NCBI GenBank assembly: GCA_965224025.1
Contig: OZ245033.1
Span: 867,571 to 931,570 of the forward strand
From: Candidatus Multivorans sp.
GTDB taxonomy: Bacteria; Acidobacteriota; Thermoanaerobaculia; Multivoradales; Multivoraceae
Length of the DNA: 64,000 bases
Direction: 5' to 3'
Part shown: positions 56,247-64,000 of the stretch, piece after piece
Numbering within the stretch: position 1 is the stretch's first letter
How the letters are laid out: every line of letters starts with the position of its first letter
Program-made: the position numbers and the translations under genes
The notes under the pieces: generated by a model
Database searches by the model: none
The model's input: only the letters and a program-made list of their open reading frames with translations
What the model was told of the DNA's origin: nothing

Positions 56247-57629
56247 ATGACCGTGGCACTTGACGTCGCGACCCCGACAGGATCCCTGTCCCTGGAACTG
56301 CCGCCGTGCAGCCACCGGCCGAAGCCGTACACGGGCGCCACCCGCGAGGAAATCCTCGCCCTGCGCCGGCAGCACGTGAACCCGGCCCTCTTCACCCTGT
56401 ACAGCGAACCCGTGATGCTGGTCGAAGGCCGGCGCCAGTACGTCTGGGACGACAGCGGCCGGCGCTACCTCGACCTGTTCGCCGGCATCTGCACCGTCGC
56501 CTGCGGCCACTCGCACCCCAGGATCGTCGCGGCGGTCCAGGAGCAGATGGCGCTCCTTGCCCACAGCTCGACAGCCTTCCTGCATCCGAACATGCCGCGC
56601 TTCGCCGAAGCGCTGCTGGCCAAGCTGCCGCCCGAGCTCGACCGGGTCTACTTCGTGAACAGCGGCAGCGAGGCGAACGACCTGGCCGTCCAGATGGCGC
56701 GGCTGTACACCGGCCACTCCGACATCGTCGGCGTCCGCAACGCCTACCACGGCGGCGGCGCCCCGACCGGCGCCCTGACCGCGATCCACACGTGGAAGTC
56801 CTGGGCCCAGCGCGGCGGTCCCGTCCACCACGCGATCAACCCCGATCCCTACCGCAACCCGTTCTCCGGCACCCCGGAGCAGATCGCCAGCCAGTGCGCC
56901 GAGGATGTCGCGGAACTGATCCGCTACTCCACCCCGGGGCAGATCGCCGCCTTCATCTCCGAACCCATCCAGGGCGCCGGCGGCGTCACGATGGGAGCGC
57001 CGAACTACCTGGCCGAGGTCTACGGCATCGTTCGCGCCAGGGGCGGCGTCTGCATCGCCGACGAGGTCCAGACCGGCTTCACCCGCACCGGCGACCACTA
57101 CTGGGGCTTCGAGCGCTCCGGCGTTCTTCCCGACATCGCGACGATGGCCAAGGGCATCGGCAACGGCCTGCCTTTAGCCGCCGTCGTGACGACATCGGAG
57201 ATCGCCGCCACGCTGGCGCAGAACCTCCACATCAACACCTTCGGCGGCAACCCGCTCGTCTCGGCGGCCGGCCTCGCCGTCCTCGAGGTGATCGAGGAGG
57301 AGGGCCTCCAGCAGAACGCGCGGATCCTCGGAAACCGGCTGATCGCCGGTCTGCGAGCCCTGGCCGAGCACCACGAAGCGGTGGGCGACATCCGCGGCCA
57401 GGGCCTGATGATCGGCGTCGAACTGGTCGAGGACCGGCGGTCGAAGACCCCCGCCACCGCCTTCACCGGCCGCGTGCTCGACGAGCTGAAGGGCCTCGGC
57501 GCCCTGGCCGGGAAGGGCGGACTGTCCGGCAACGTGCTCCGGATCAAGCCGCCGCTCTGCCTGACGGACGCCGACGTCGACTTCGCGCTGGCGGCGATGG
57601 ACGAGGCGCTGACGCGGGCGGCGAGGTAG
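56247..57629 (+). CDS. Class-III aminotransferase (AGXT2/beta-alanine-pyruvate-like)
   Basis: Start at MTVALDV within ORF 55749..57629. Motifs FVNSGSEANDLA, IADEVQTGFTRTG and TMAKGIGNGLPLAAV. Confidence 0.9.
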   Translation: MTVALDVATPTGSLSLELPPCSHRPKPYTGATREEILALRRQHVNPALFTLYSEPVMLVEGRRQYVWDDSGRRYLDLFAGICTVACGHSHPRIVAAVQEQMALLAHSSTAFLHPNMPRFAEALLAKLPPELDRVYFVNSGSEANDLAVQMARLYTGHSDIVGVRNAYHGGGAPTGALTAIHTWKSWAQRGGPVHHAINPDPYRNPFSGTPEQIASQCAEDVAELIRYSTPGQIAAFISEPIQGAGGVTMGAPNYLAEVYGIVRARGGVCIADEVQTGFTRTGDHYWGFERSGVLPDIATMAKGIGNGLPLAAVVTTSEIAATLAQNLHINTFGGNPLVSAAGLAVLEVIEEEGLQQNARILGNRLIAGLRALAEHHEAVGDIRGQGLMIGVELVEDRRSKTPATAFTGRVLDELKGLGALAGKGGLSGNVLRIKPPLCLTDADVDFALAAMDEALTRAAR

Positions 57630-57635
57630 GGGCGG

Positions 57636-57690
57636 AGGTCGCCGCTTCGCGGCGCGCTACTTCTCCGCGGGTCAGAAGACCCGCGGCTAC
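57636..57690. repeat. REP-like double hairpin, family A (between convergent genes)
   Basis: AGGTCGCCGCTTCGCGGCGCGCTACTTCTCCGCGGGTCAGAAGACCCGCGGCTAC, nearly identical to 10293..10346. Confidence 0.75.
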
Positions 57691-57713
57691 AAGACCCGCG
57701 TCACATGCGGGGC

Positions 57714-58889
57714 CTACAGGCCGACCACCGAGACGAAGCTGACGCAGCGGCCCGGCGCACCGCCGAGGTTGTGGGTCAGGCCGAGCTTGGGATCGGCGAT
57801 CTGACGCTCGCCGGCCTCGCCGCGGAGCTGCAGCCACATCTCGTACATCATCCGCAGGCCGGAGGCGCCGATCGGATGGCCGAAGCTCTTCAGGCCACCG
57901 TCCGGATTGACCGGCTGGTCGCCGTCGAGATCGAAGCGGCCGTCCATCGTGTCCTTCCAGGCCTGGCCGCGCGGCGAGAACCCGAGGTCCTCCATCAGCA
58001 CCAGCTCGGTCGGCGTGAAGCAGTCGTGGACCTCCGCCATGCTGATCTGATCGCGCGCATCCTGGATGCCGGCCTGCTCGTAGGCGTCCCTGGCGCTCTC
58101 GACGACTTCGGGGAAGGTGGTGAAGTCGTAGTCCTGCCGCTTGGCGCCCTCGGCCGGGCCGGCCACGAACGACAGCGCCTTGATGAAGATCGGGTTGTCG
58201 TTGTACTTGTGGGCATCCTCGGCGCGGCAGATCACCGCCGCCGCGGCGCCGTCGGAGACACCCGAGCAGTCCATGATGCCGAGCATGCCGGCGATCTTGG
58301 GCGAGGAGTTGATCTTCTCGACCGGCACTTCCCGCTGGTACTGCGCCTTCTCGTTGCGGGCGCCGTTGTAGTGGTTCTTGTAGGCGATGCGGGTGAGCAC
58401 GTCGCGCATCGTCTCCAGGTCGACGCCGTACTTCTCGGCGTACGCGGGCGCCAGGAGCGAGAAGTTCGCCGGCGCCGTCATGCCGGACTCGGTGCCGTCG
58501 CCCGGAGGGGCGCTGCCCGTCAGACCGGAGAACCCGGAGTCCTTCAGCTTCTCGACGCCGACCGCCATGACCAGGTCGTAGGCGCCGGAAGCGACGGCGT
58601 AGGCCGCGTTGCGCATCGCCTCGCTGCCGGTGGCGCACATGTTCTCGAGCCGGGTCACCGGCTTGTACTGGATCTTGAGCGGCTCCGAGAGGGTCAGGCC
58701 GGAGATGCCGCTGCCAGTGGTGCCGAGCCAGTAGGCGTCGACGTTGTCCGGCTCGATTCCGGCGGAGCCGTAGGCATCCTGCACGGCATCGACCAGCAGA
58801 TCGCTGGCGCCGCGGTTCCAGTGTTCGCCGAACTTGGTGCAGCCCATGCCGACGATGGCTACGCGATCACAGATTCCCTTGCTGGCCAT
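57714..58889 (-). CDS. Thiolase-fold protein (archaeal/SCP-x type)
   Basis: VAIVGMGCTKFGE, ENMCATGSEAMRNA and SFGHPIGASG. Confidence 0.85.
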   Translation of the reverse strand: MASKGICDRVAIVGMGCTKFGEHWNRGASDLLVDAVQDAYGSAGIEPDNVDAYWLGTTGSGISGLTLSEPLKIQYKPVTRLENMCATGSEAMRNAAYAVASGAYDLVMAVGVEKLKDSGFSGLTGSAPPGDGTESGMTAPANFSLLAPAYAEKYGVDLETMRDVLTRIAYKNHYNGARNEKAQYQREVPVEKINSSPKIAGMLGIMDCSGVSDGAAAAVICRAEDAHKYNDNPIFIKALSFVAGPAEGAKRQDYDFTTFPEVVESARDAYEQAGIQDARDQISMAEVHDCFTPTELVLMEDLGFSPRGQAWKDTMDGRFDLDGDQPVNPDGGLKSFGHPIGASGLRMMYEMWLQLRGEAGERQIADPKLGLTHNLGGAPGRCVSFVSVVGL

Positions 58890-58955
58890 TGGTGCTCCTT
58901 GGTCGTTCTTCGGACGGGTCCCCGTCCGTATCGAGCGTTCGTCCGTATCGAGTGT

Positions 58956-60347
58956 TCAGCGCCTCGGACGCGCCTTCCAGAAGTAGTTGTGTACGCCCCC
59001 GGCAGTGTACAGGCGGCGGAATGTCATTTCCAACTCGTCACCGATCGCGACCTTGTCCGGGTCGACATCGGTGAGCTGGCAGAGCATCCTGCCGCCCTTG
59101 TCGAAGTCGACCACCGCGCCGACCACGGGCGGCTGCAGGGAGTAGGCGAGCCGGTCCAGAGTGTAGGTGCTGATCCGGCACTCGCCGTCGGCGTAGGGCT
59201 CGATCGTCGAATCGTCGGACGCCTGGCAGACGACGCATACGCGCTGCGGCGGCAGGTTCGTGTTGCCGCAGCGATTGCAGCGGGAGCCCAGGAAACCGAA
59301 CTTCCAGCGCTCGGCGCGCTGCATCGGCGGCGCCGCCGGCCGATCGGGGTCGGGGCGCCGCGGCGGTTCGAAGGGCAGCACGTCGCGCCACTTGAGGTAC
59401 GTCGTGTAGGCGAGATCGTCGCGCTTGGACCCGACCCAGGAAGCCACGCTGTGCTTGGGACGGCCGTCGTCTACCTGGTCGGTGACCTCGAACACGGCCA
59501 CGTCGACGCCGTCGGCAACGCAGGCCACCGCGATCTTGTCGCCGGCCGACGCACCGTCCAGCGCGCTCGCCAGAACCAGACCGGCGTTGGCGGCGCCCGC
59601 GCGGCCCACCGTGCCCGCCATGCCGTCGGCGAGCTGCGCCGGAGCGAGTCCGGAGGGGCGCATGAAACCGCGGAAGACGCGGGCGTTCGTGCCGTCGAGC
59701 ACGACCTTGGAGAGATCGGAGGCCGCCAATCCGGCGTCGGCCAGGGCGCTGGCGAACGTGTCGACCAGCAGGGGCGTGAAGATGCTCGCGCCGAAGCGCT
59801 CCTCCCACTGCTTGGCGAAGGGCATGCCGGGGCTCCGCCAGACGTCGAGCACCTCTTCGGTGCAGGAAGCCCGGCCGATCAGACGGGCAATCGGCTCTCC
59901 GCCGCCGAGGACGAAGGCCGCCGCCGCGTCGCCGCCGCCCGACTCGCGCGGACCGCTCGGGGCGCCGACGACCACGTCGCTGGCGGCCACCAGGACGGTG
60001 CGCCCGGCCGCCGCCATGTCCAGGCCCGCCAGAAGGGCCGACAGCCCGGCGCGGCTCGAACCGCCGAAGTCGAGCGCCGTGACCGCCTTGGGCAGGTTGG
60101 TCGCGGCCTGCAGCGTCGCCGCGTTCAGCTTCTCGCTGTACGGGGCGCTGGTCGAGGCGAACACCACGGTGTCCACGGCGGCCCCGTCGGGCAACTCGCG
60201 CAGCGCCTCGCGCGAAGCCTCGACCGCCATCGAGGCCGAGTCTTCGTCGTAGCTCGCGGCGGCGCGCTCGCCGCGGCCTCCGCCCATGGCCGACCGCTGG
60301 ATGCGAGAGAACGGTACATAGCTGCCGTAACGAAGGATTCCGGACAT
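58956..60347 (-). CDS. HMG-CoA-synthase/KAS-III-like domain fused to a DUF35 zinc-ribbon/OB-fold domain
   Basis: N-terminal ILRYGSYVPF and LVAASDVV blocks. C-terminal CNRCGNTNLPPQRVCVVC zinc ribbon plus an OB-fold tail (..VVDFDKGGRMLCQLTDVD..). Confidence 0.8.
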   Translation of the reverse strand: MSGILRYGSYVPFSRIQRSAMGGGRGERAAASYDEDSASMAVEASREALRELPDGAAVDTVVFASTSAPYSEKLNAATLQAATNLPKAVTALDFGGSSRAGLSALLAGLDMAAAGRTVLVAASDVVVGAPSGPRESGGGDAAAAFVLGGGEPIARLIGRASCTEEVLDVWRSPGMPFAKQWEERFGASIFTPLLVDTFASALADAGLAASDLSKVVLDGTNARVFRGFMRPSGLAPAQLADGMAGTVGRAGAANAGLVLASALDGASAGDKIAVACVADGVDVAVFEVTDQVDDGRPKHSVASWVGSKRDDLAYTTYLKWRDVLPFEPPRRPDPDRPAAPPMQRAERWKFGFLGSRCNRCGNTNLPPQRVCVVCQASDDSTIEPYADGECRISTYTLDRLAYSLQPPVVGAVVDFDKGGRMLCQLTDVDPDKVAIGDELEMTFRRLYTAGGVHNYFWKARPRR

Positions 60348-60447
60348 GGAAGCGGGTCTCCTGGTCTATGAGAACGTTGTCTGCCGACCGGTCGGTAGGT
60401 GGAAGGGATGCAGTCTAGCAGCGATCGGGATCGGGGCCAGCGGGTTC

Positions 60448-61653
60448 CTACCGGTTGGCGTTCCTGCTCGCCTCTTCGAGCGCCCGCATGTTCTCTTGTA
60501 TCTTCCGCCGGATTGCGTCGGCGCGTTCCTTGTGGTACTTCTCGAAGTCGACCGGCTTCTCGTCGACGATCTGGTAGATGCGGGTGAACTTCTGCACGTC
60601 CCCGGTTTCCCGGAACTGGATGTTTCCGGTGACGCCTTGGAGTTCGCGCACCGCTCTCATGCCCTTGAGGAAGTCACTCGGGACGGCGATCACCTCGACC
60701 TCGGACAGGGCCTCGATGTAGACCCAGAGCGCGTCGTAGCCGAGGGCCGCGTAGTAGCTCGGAACGCTGCCGTGCTTCTCCTGGTAAGCCGCGACGAAGG
60801 ACGCAACCGGCTCCTCGGGACTCTCGGCGTCATAGAGCGGCGCCGTCATGAAGCTGTTGTTCCCTGCCGGGCCCGCCGCCGTCAGCACGGATTCGATGGC
60901 AAGCGAGGAACTCGCAGCCAGGTAGTCGTGCGCGCCGTTGAAGCCACCAAGACGGAGCGCCTGCATCGCCTCGGCCAGCGCCGCCCCGGACGCGGCAACG
61001 TAGATCGCATCCGCCTCGTAGCTCAGCGCTGCGTTGACCATGGCGTTCTGATCGCTGGAAGCGGTAAAGAGGACGCGGCCCGCGAGTCGGGTTCCCCAAA
61101 CCGCCTCGACGGAGTCGGCGAGAGAGGTGCCGAAAGCCGTGTCCTGGGCTACCACGACGAGCCGTTCGACCTGCAGCCTGTCGCGCAGGAACGTCGCCAT
61201 GGTCGAGGCTTCGATCTCCGCACTCGGATAGAGCCGGTAAAAGAACTCGGACACGCCGCTCAACTCCGGGCTCGATGCGGACGGCGACAGCAGCACACGA
61301 TCCGCCTCGTTGACGACCGGAATCATGGCCAGGGCCTCGTCACTCGTCACCCCGCCGATCGCTGCCAACGACGTGGCGAACGCCGTCTCCAGCAGCGCCG
61401 CGGCCCGTGCCGGGTCGCCCTCGGAGTCGACGATCTCGATGACCACGTTGTAGCCGATGTCTTCATCGCCCGCCATCAGCCGCTCGTGACGCAACTGGAT
61501 GCCGTTCGCGATCTCCTGGCCGTAGAGGGCCGCCTCGCCGGTCAGCGGCGCGACGGCCGAGATGGTAACGGTTGGAACTTCCGGGCCGCAGCCGACCGCC
61601 GGCAGCAGGCACAGGACTCCGAGCAGCACAAGGGTTCGTGTACGCAAGCTCAT
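60448..61653 (-). CDS. Periplasmic substrate-binding lipoprotein (LivJ/Peripla_BP_6-like)
   Basis: Internal start MSLRTRTLVLLGVLCLLPAVGCG (lipobox). Type-I SBP-like alternating pattern. Confidence 0.75.
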   Translation of the reverse strand: MSLRTRTLVLLGVLCLLPAVGCGPEVPTVTISAVAPLTGEAALYGQEIANGIQLRHERLMAGDEDIGYNVVIEIVDSEGDPARAAALLETAFATSLAAIGGVTSDEALAMIPVVNEADRVLLSPSASSPELSGVSEFFYRLYPSAEIEASTMATFLRDRLQVERLVVVAQDTAFGTSLADSVEAVWGTRLAGRVLFTASSDQNAMVNAALSYEADAIYVAASGAALAEAMQALRLGGFNGAHDYLAASSSLAIESVLTAAGPAGNNSFMTAPLYDAESPEEPVASFVAAYQEKHGSVPSYYAALGYDALWVYIEALSEVEVIAVPSDFLKGMRAVRELQGVTGNIQFRETGDVQKFTRIYQIVDEKPVDFEKYHKERADAIRRKIQENMRALEEASRNANR

Positions 61654-61771
61654 CACTCCAGGTTCTCCATCAGCCGGCAATGTCGCCGAATCGATGCGGC
61701 AACCTCTTCGGGGGCGCCTCACGCGATCCGGCGGAGGCAATGCCTCGAATCGCACGGTAGGACCGTCCATT

Positions 61772-61906
61772 CTAGGAGTCCGCGCGGCAGAAACGCAACT
61801 TCAGCCGATGCCCAAGTTCGGTCAGCGGCTCGTCGTCGCGCCAGGTGTAGCGGCTGGCGAGATTGGCCACGCTCTCGCCATGCCGGACCATCAGCAGCGT
61901 GGACAC
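61772..61906 (-). pseudogene. N-terminal stub of a histidine phosphatase (PGAM family)
   Basis: VSTLLMVRHGESVANLASRYTWRDDEPLTELG, then a premature stop. Only about 45 codons remain of a family that is normally about 200 aa. Confidence 0.55.
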
Positions 61907-61910
61907 GGCA

Positions 61911-63404
61911 TCAAAGCCCGGAGGCGGCTCGGTCACCAACGGCGCGCGTGACCGGCTGGCTGCCGACCGGTCCACTCACCCAGCCACCGATCACAGCGGA
62001 GAACAGCCCGGCGTTGCCACCGGCGTGGACCAGTTGCAGCCCTCCCGACCGGAACTTCGGCACCTGGGCGCCAGCCATCTTTTCCGGTATCCCCTCGTCG
62101 CAGTCGCCGGCGCCGCGAACCAGATCGGCGCCCGATCGCACCAGCAGGCCGTCGAGTTCCCGGCGGAGCCTGGCCTTGTCCCAGCCAGCCCGCCGGAAGA
62201 CGTTGCCATGCTCCGCCCCCACCACCAGCATCGCGTCGAAGCCGACGATCAGCTTGTGGTGGGCGACGCTCAGAAGAGCCGCCGCCAGCGAGCGGGTCAA
62301 CGACTCCGGCCTGCGGGACAACTGATCGACCACACCGCGGGGTCCCTCGCCGGCGAACAGGGTCACGGCGGAAGCGCCTTCGGGAATGCCCCGTTCAACA
62401 GCCAGCGATTCCCAGGGCGAGTCGTCCTCCCGCTCGGCGAAGCAGAAGCTGAGCTTGCCGGGGTTGCCGAGCGTGGCCCGATCCACTTCGCCCGGCCGGG
62501 CGCCGCCGACGTTGCGCAGCACGAGCTGAAGCGCGCGGCCGATGGTCGAGTTCGCCCGATTGCCCTGCCCCAGGACGTTCATCTTCGAGTTCATGCCGAT
62601 CGCGGACGTGACCGGCCCGTTCACCACGACGATGGGGCCGGCGAAGTACGTCGTGGCCGCGAGACCGTGCCAGTTGAACTCTTCGGTCAGCGCCGCCTCG
62701 ACCGCGGCCAGAACCACCGGCATGTACTCGGGACGGCAGCCGGCCATCACCGCGCCCGTGGCGACCTTCTCCACGGTGCACTTGCCATAGTCGGGCGCCA
62801 CCAGTCCGAGGACATCCGCACGGTCGCGCCTCGTGCCGGCGAGCATCCGCTCGACCCGCTCGGGCGTCGGCGGCACCACCGGCAGACCGTCCGTCCAGCC
62901 GCGCGCGAAGCAGGCCTCGACCTCGTCTTCCTGATCGCCGAGTTCGACCCTGCGCGAACCGCCGCCCGCGAACAGCGCCGCGAGCCGCTCGACGTGAGGC
63001 GGCTCGACGTTCAGGGCGCCGCAGCCTGGACGGCTCGGCGGCAGATCCGCGCCCAGTCCGTCGAGACCGCTAACCTCCTGCCACTGTTCCCGGTTCCAGC
63101 CGATCGCCGTGCCTACAGTAGAGCCGCCATCCCTCGACAGGAGCGTCGGCACGATCTCGATCCCCAGCCGGTGCGACAGCACGAGGTCCGCGTCGTGGAC
63201 GGGATCTCCCGCGACCGGGAAGGCCGGATCGTCCTGGGTCACCACGAGCACCGGCCGGTGGCGTCGGACCTCGTCCAGCACCGGTTCGACCAACTGACAG
63301 GTCGGACAGTCCTTCTTGACCACCGCCACCAGGCCTTGATCGAAGCCTGGAGGCGCCCCAGAGGAAACGGAGGATGCGGCGGAGACGGAAGATGATGGAG
63401 CCAT
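61911..63404 (-). CDS. Conserved hypothetical protein with an N-terminal thioredoxin-like CxxC domain (start 63404 or 63452)
   Basis: VAVVKKDCPTCQLVEPVLDE, then a large domain with GWTDGLPVVPPTPERVERML. It is divergent from the UGSC gene. Confidence 0.75.
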   Translation of the reverse strand: MAPSSSVSAASSVSSGAPPGFDQGLVAVVKKDCPTCQLVEPVLDEVRRHRPVLVVTQDDPAFPVAGDPVHDADLVLSHRLGIEIVPTLLSRDGGSTVGTAIGWNREQWQEVSGLDGLGADLPPSRPGCGALNVEPPHVERLAALFAGGGSRRVELGDQEDEVEACFARGWTDGLPVVPPTPERVERMLAGTRRDRADVLGLVAPDYGKCTVEKVATGAVMAGCRPEYMPVVLAAVEAALTEEFNWHGLAATTYFAGPIVVVNGPVTSAIGMNSKMNVLGQGNRANSTIGRALQLVLRNVGGARPGEVDRATLGNPGKLSFCFAEREDDSPWESLAVERGIPEGASAVTLFAGEGPRGVVDQLSRRPESLTRSLAAALLSVAHHKLIVGFDAMLVVGAEHGNVFRRAGWDKARLRRELDGLLVRSGADLVRGAGDCDEGIPEKMAGAQVPKFRSGGLQLVHAGGNAGLFSAVIGGWVSGPVGSQPVTRAVGDRAASGL

Positions 63405-63466
63405 GGCGCGGGACGATAGCAGCGTGCGGGTCGTGTATCGTTCCCCACTCACGGAGGAGACAACTC

Positions 63467-63982
63467 ATGGTCCAGACCCTGATCGACCCGACGAACGAGG
63501 CAGCCCCCGCGGCCCGCGCCGCGGCGCCGCGACTCGACTCCATCGGCGGCAAGACGATCGCCCTGCTCGACATTTCCAAGGCGCGCGGCGACCTGTTCCT
63601 CGACCGCGTCGAAGAGAGAATCGCAAGCCGCGGCGCGTCCGTGCTCCGCTTCACCAAGCCCACCTTCTCCAAGGTGGCGCCGGCCGACCTTCGCGCCGAG
63701 ATCGCCCAGCGTTGCGACGCGGTGATCGAAGCGCTGGCCGACTGAGGGTCCTGCACGTCGTGCAGTGTGCACGACACGACCCAGTTGGAAGAGATGGGGC
63801 TGCCGTCGGTGTTCGTCGCCTCGTGCGAGTTCCAGGACGCCGCCGAGTCGCAGTCGAAGTCGCTCGGCTCCTCGCCGGAAGTCGTCTACGTGCGGCACCC
63901 GATCCAGGACCGCTTGGACGACGAGATGGGAGAGATCGCCGATCAGGCGGTCGACGCCCTCGTCTCCGCACTGACCAACTGA
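63467..63982 (+). CDS. UGSC-family selenoprotein (in-frame TGA at 63743-63745 read as Sec)
   Basis: GGAGGAG Shine-Dalgarno, then ATG 63467. ORFs 63374..63745 and 63767..63982 are in the same frame. The junction reads ..IEALAD-U-GSCTSCSVHDTTQLEEMGLPSVFV.. and a hairpin follows the TGA. Confidence 0.75.
63743..63782 (+). promoter_or_regulatory. UGA plus bacterial SECIS-like hairpin
   Basis: GTCGTGCA-GTG-TGCACGAC (63757-63775) starts 11 nt after the UGA and is clamped by GGGTC (63746-50) / GACCC (63778-82). Confidence 0.6.
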
Positions 63983-64000
63983 CACGCGCGAAGCGCAGGT

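Overview
High-GC bacterial chromosomal segment. The PSCyt/PSD + DUF1501 pair, a GWxTD/VWA protein ending in GYYP, and a CarboxypepD_reg-type TonB receptor suggest an Acidobacteriota-like or related lineage (inference only). The backbone is ordinary housekeeping, mostly on the minus strand. It includes a solute symporter with the DUF1501/PSCyt pair, MoaD-MoaE, a HAD hydrolase, YgfZ, a CysM/Mec/CysO-MoeZ sulfur-carrier cysteine cluster, argCJBDH-argR, rhomboid-xseB-xseA, a large VWA protein, a TonB receptor, an SLC13 transporter, and a peptidase/aminotransferase/thiolase block. Several accessory or decayed layers lie on top of this. (1) Two related IS1595-family elements each carry an amino-DNA-methyltransferase fused to a nuclease domain (HNH in one, PD-(D/E)xK in the other). 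One has perfect 23-bp inverted repeats and an 8-bp target duplication, and it splits the small partner gene of an SMC/ABC-type ATPase (a candidate two-gene defence pair). (2) A 9-15 kb zone holds frameshifted or truncated genes and toxin-antitoxin remnants, plus an intact Xre-RES pair near 2 kb. (3) An IS3 element has a recognisable -1 slippery heptamer but a broken orfA. (4) A modular family of hairpin (REP/MITE-like) repeats shows compensatory stem changes, with one copy inside a coding sequence. (5) A decayed duplicate of the TonB-receptor 3' end sits 2 kb from the intact gene end. (6) At the right edge, a UGSC-type selenoprotein gene has an in-frame TGA and a SECIS-like hairpin. No rRNA, tRNA or CRISPR array was seen. 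Many long ORFs in the track are antisense or off-frame shadows typical of high-GC DNA. All family names come from motif recognition by eye, not searches.
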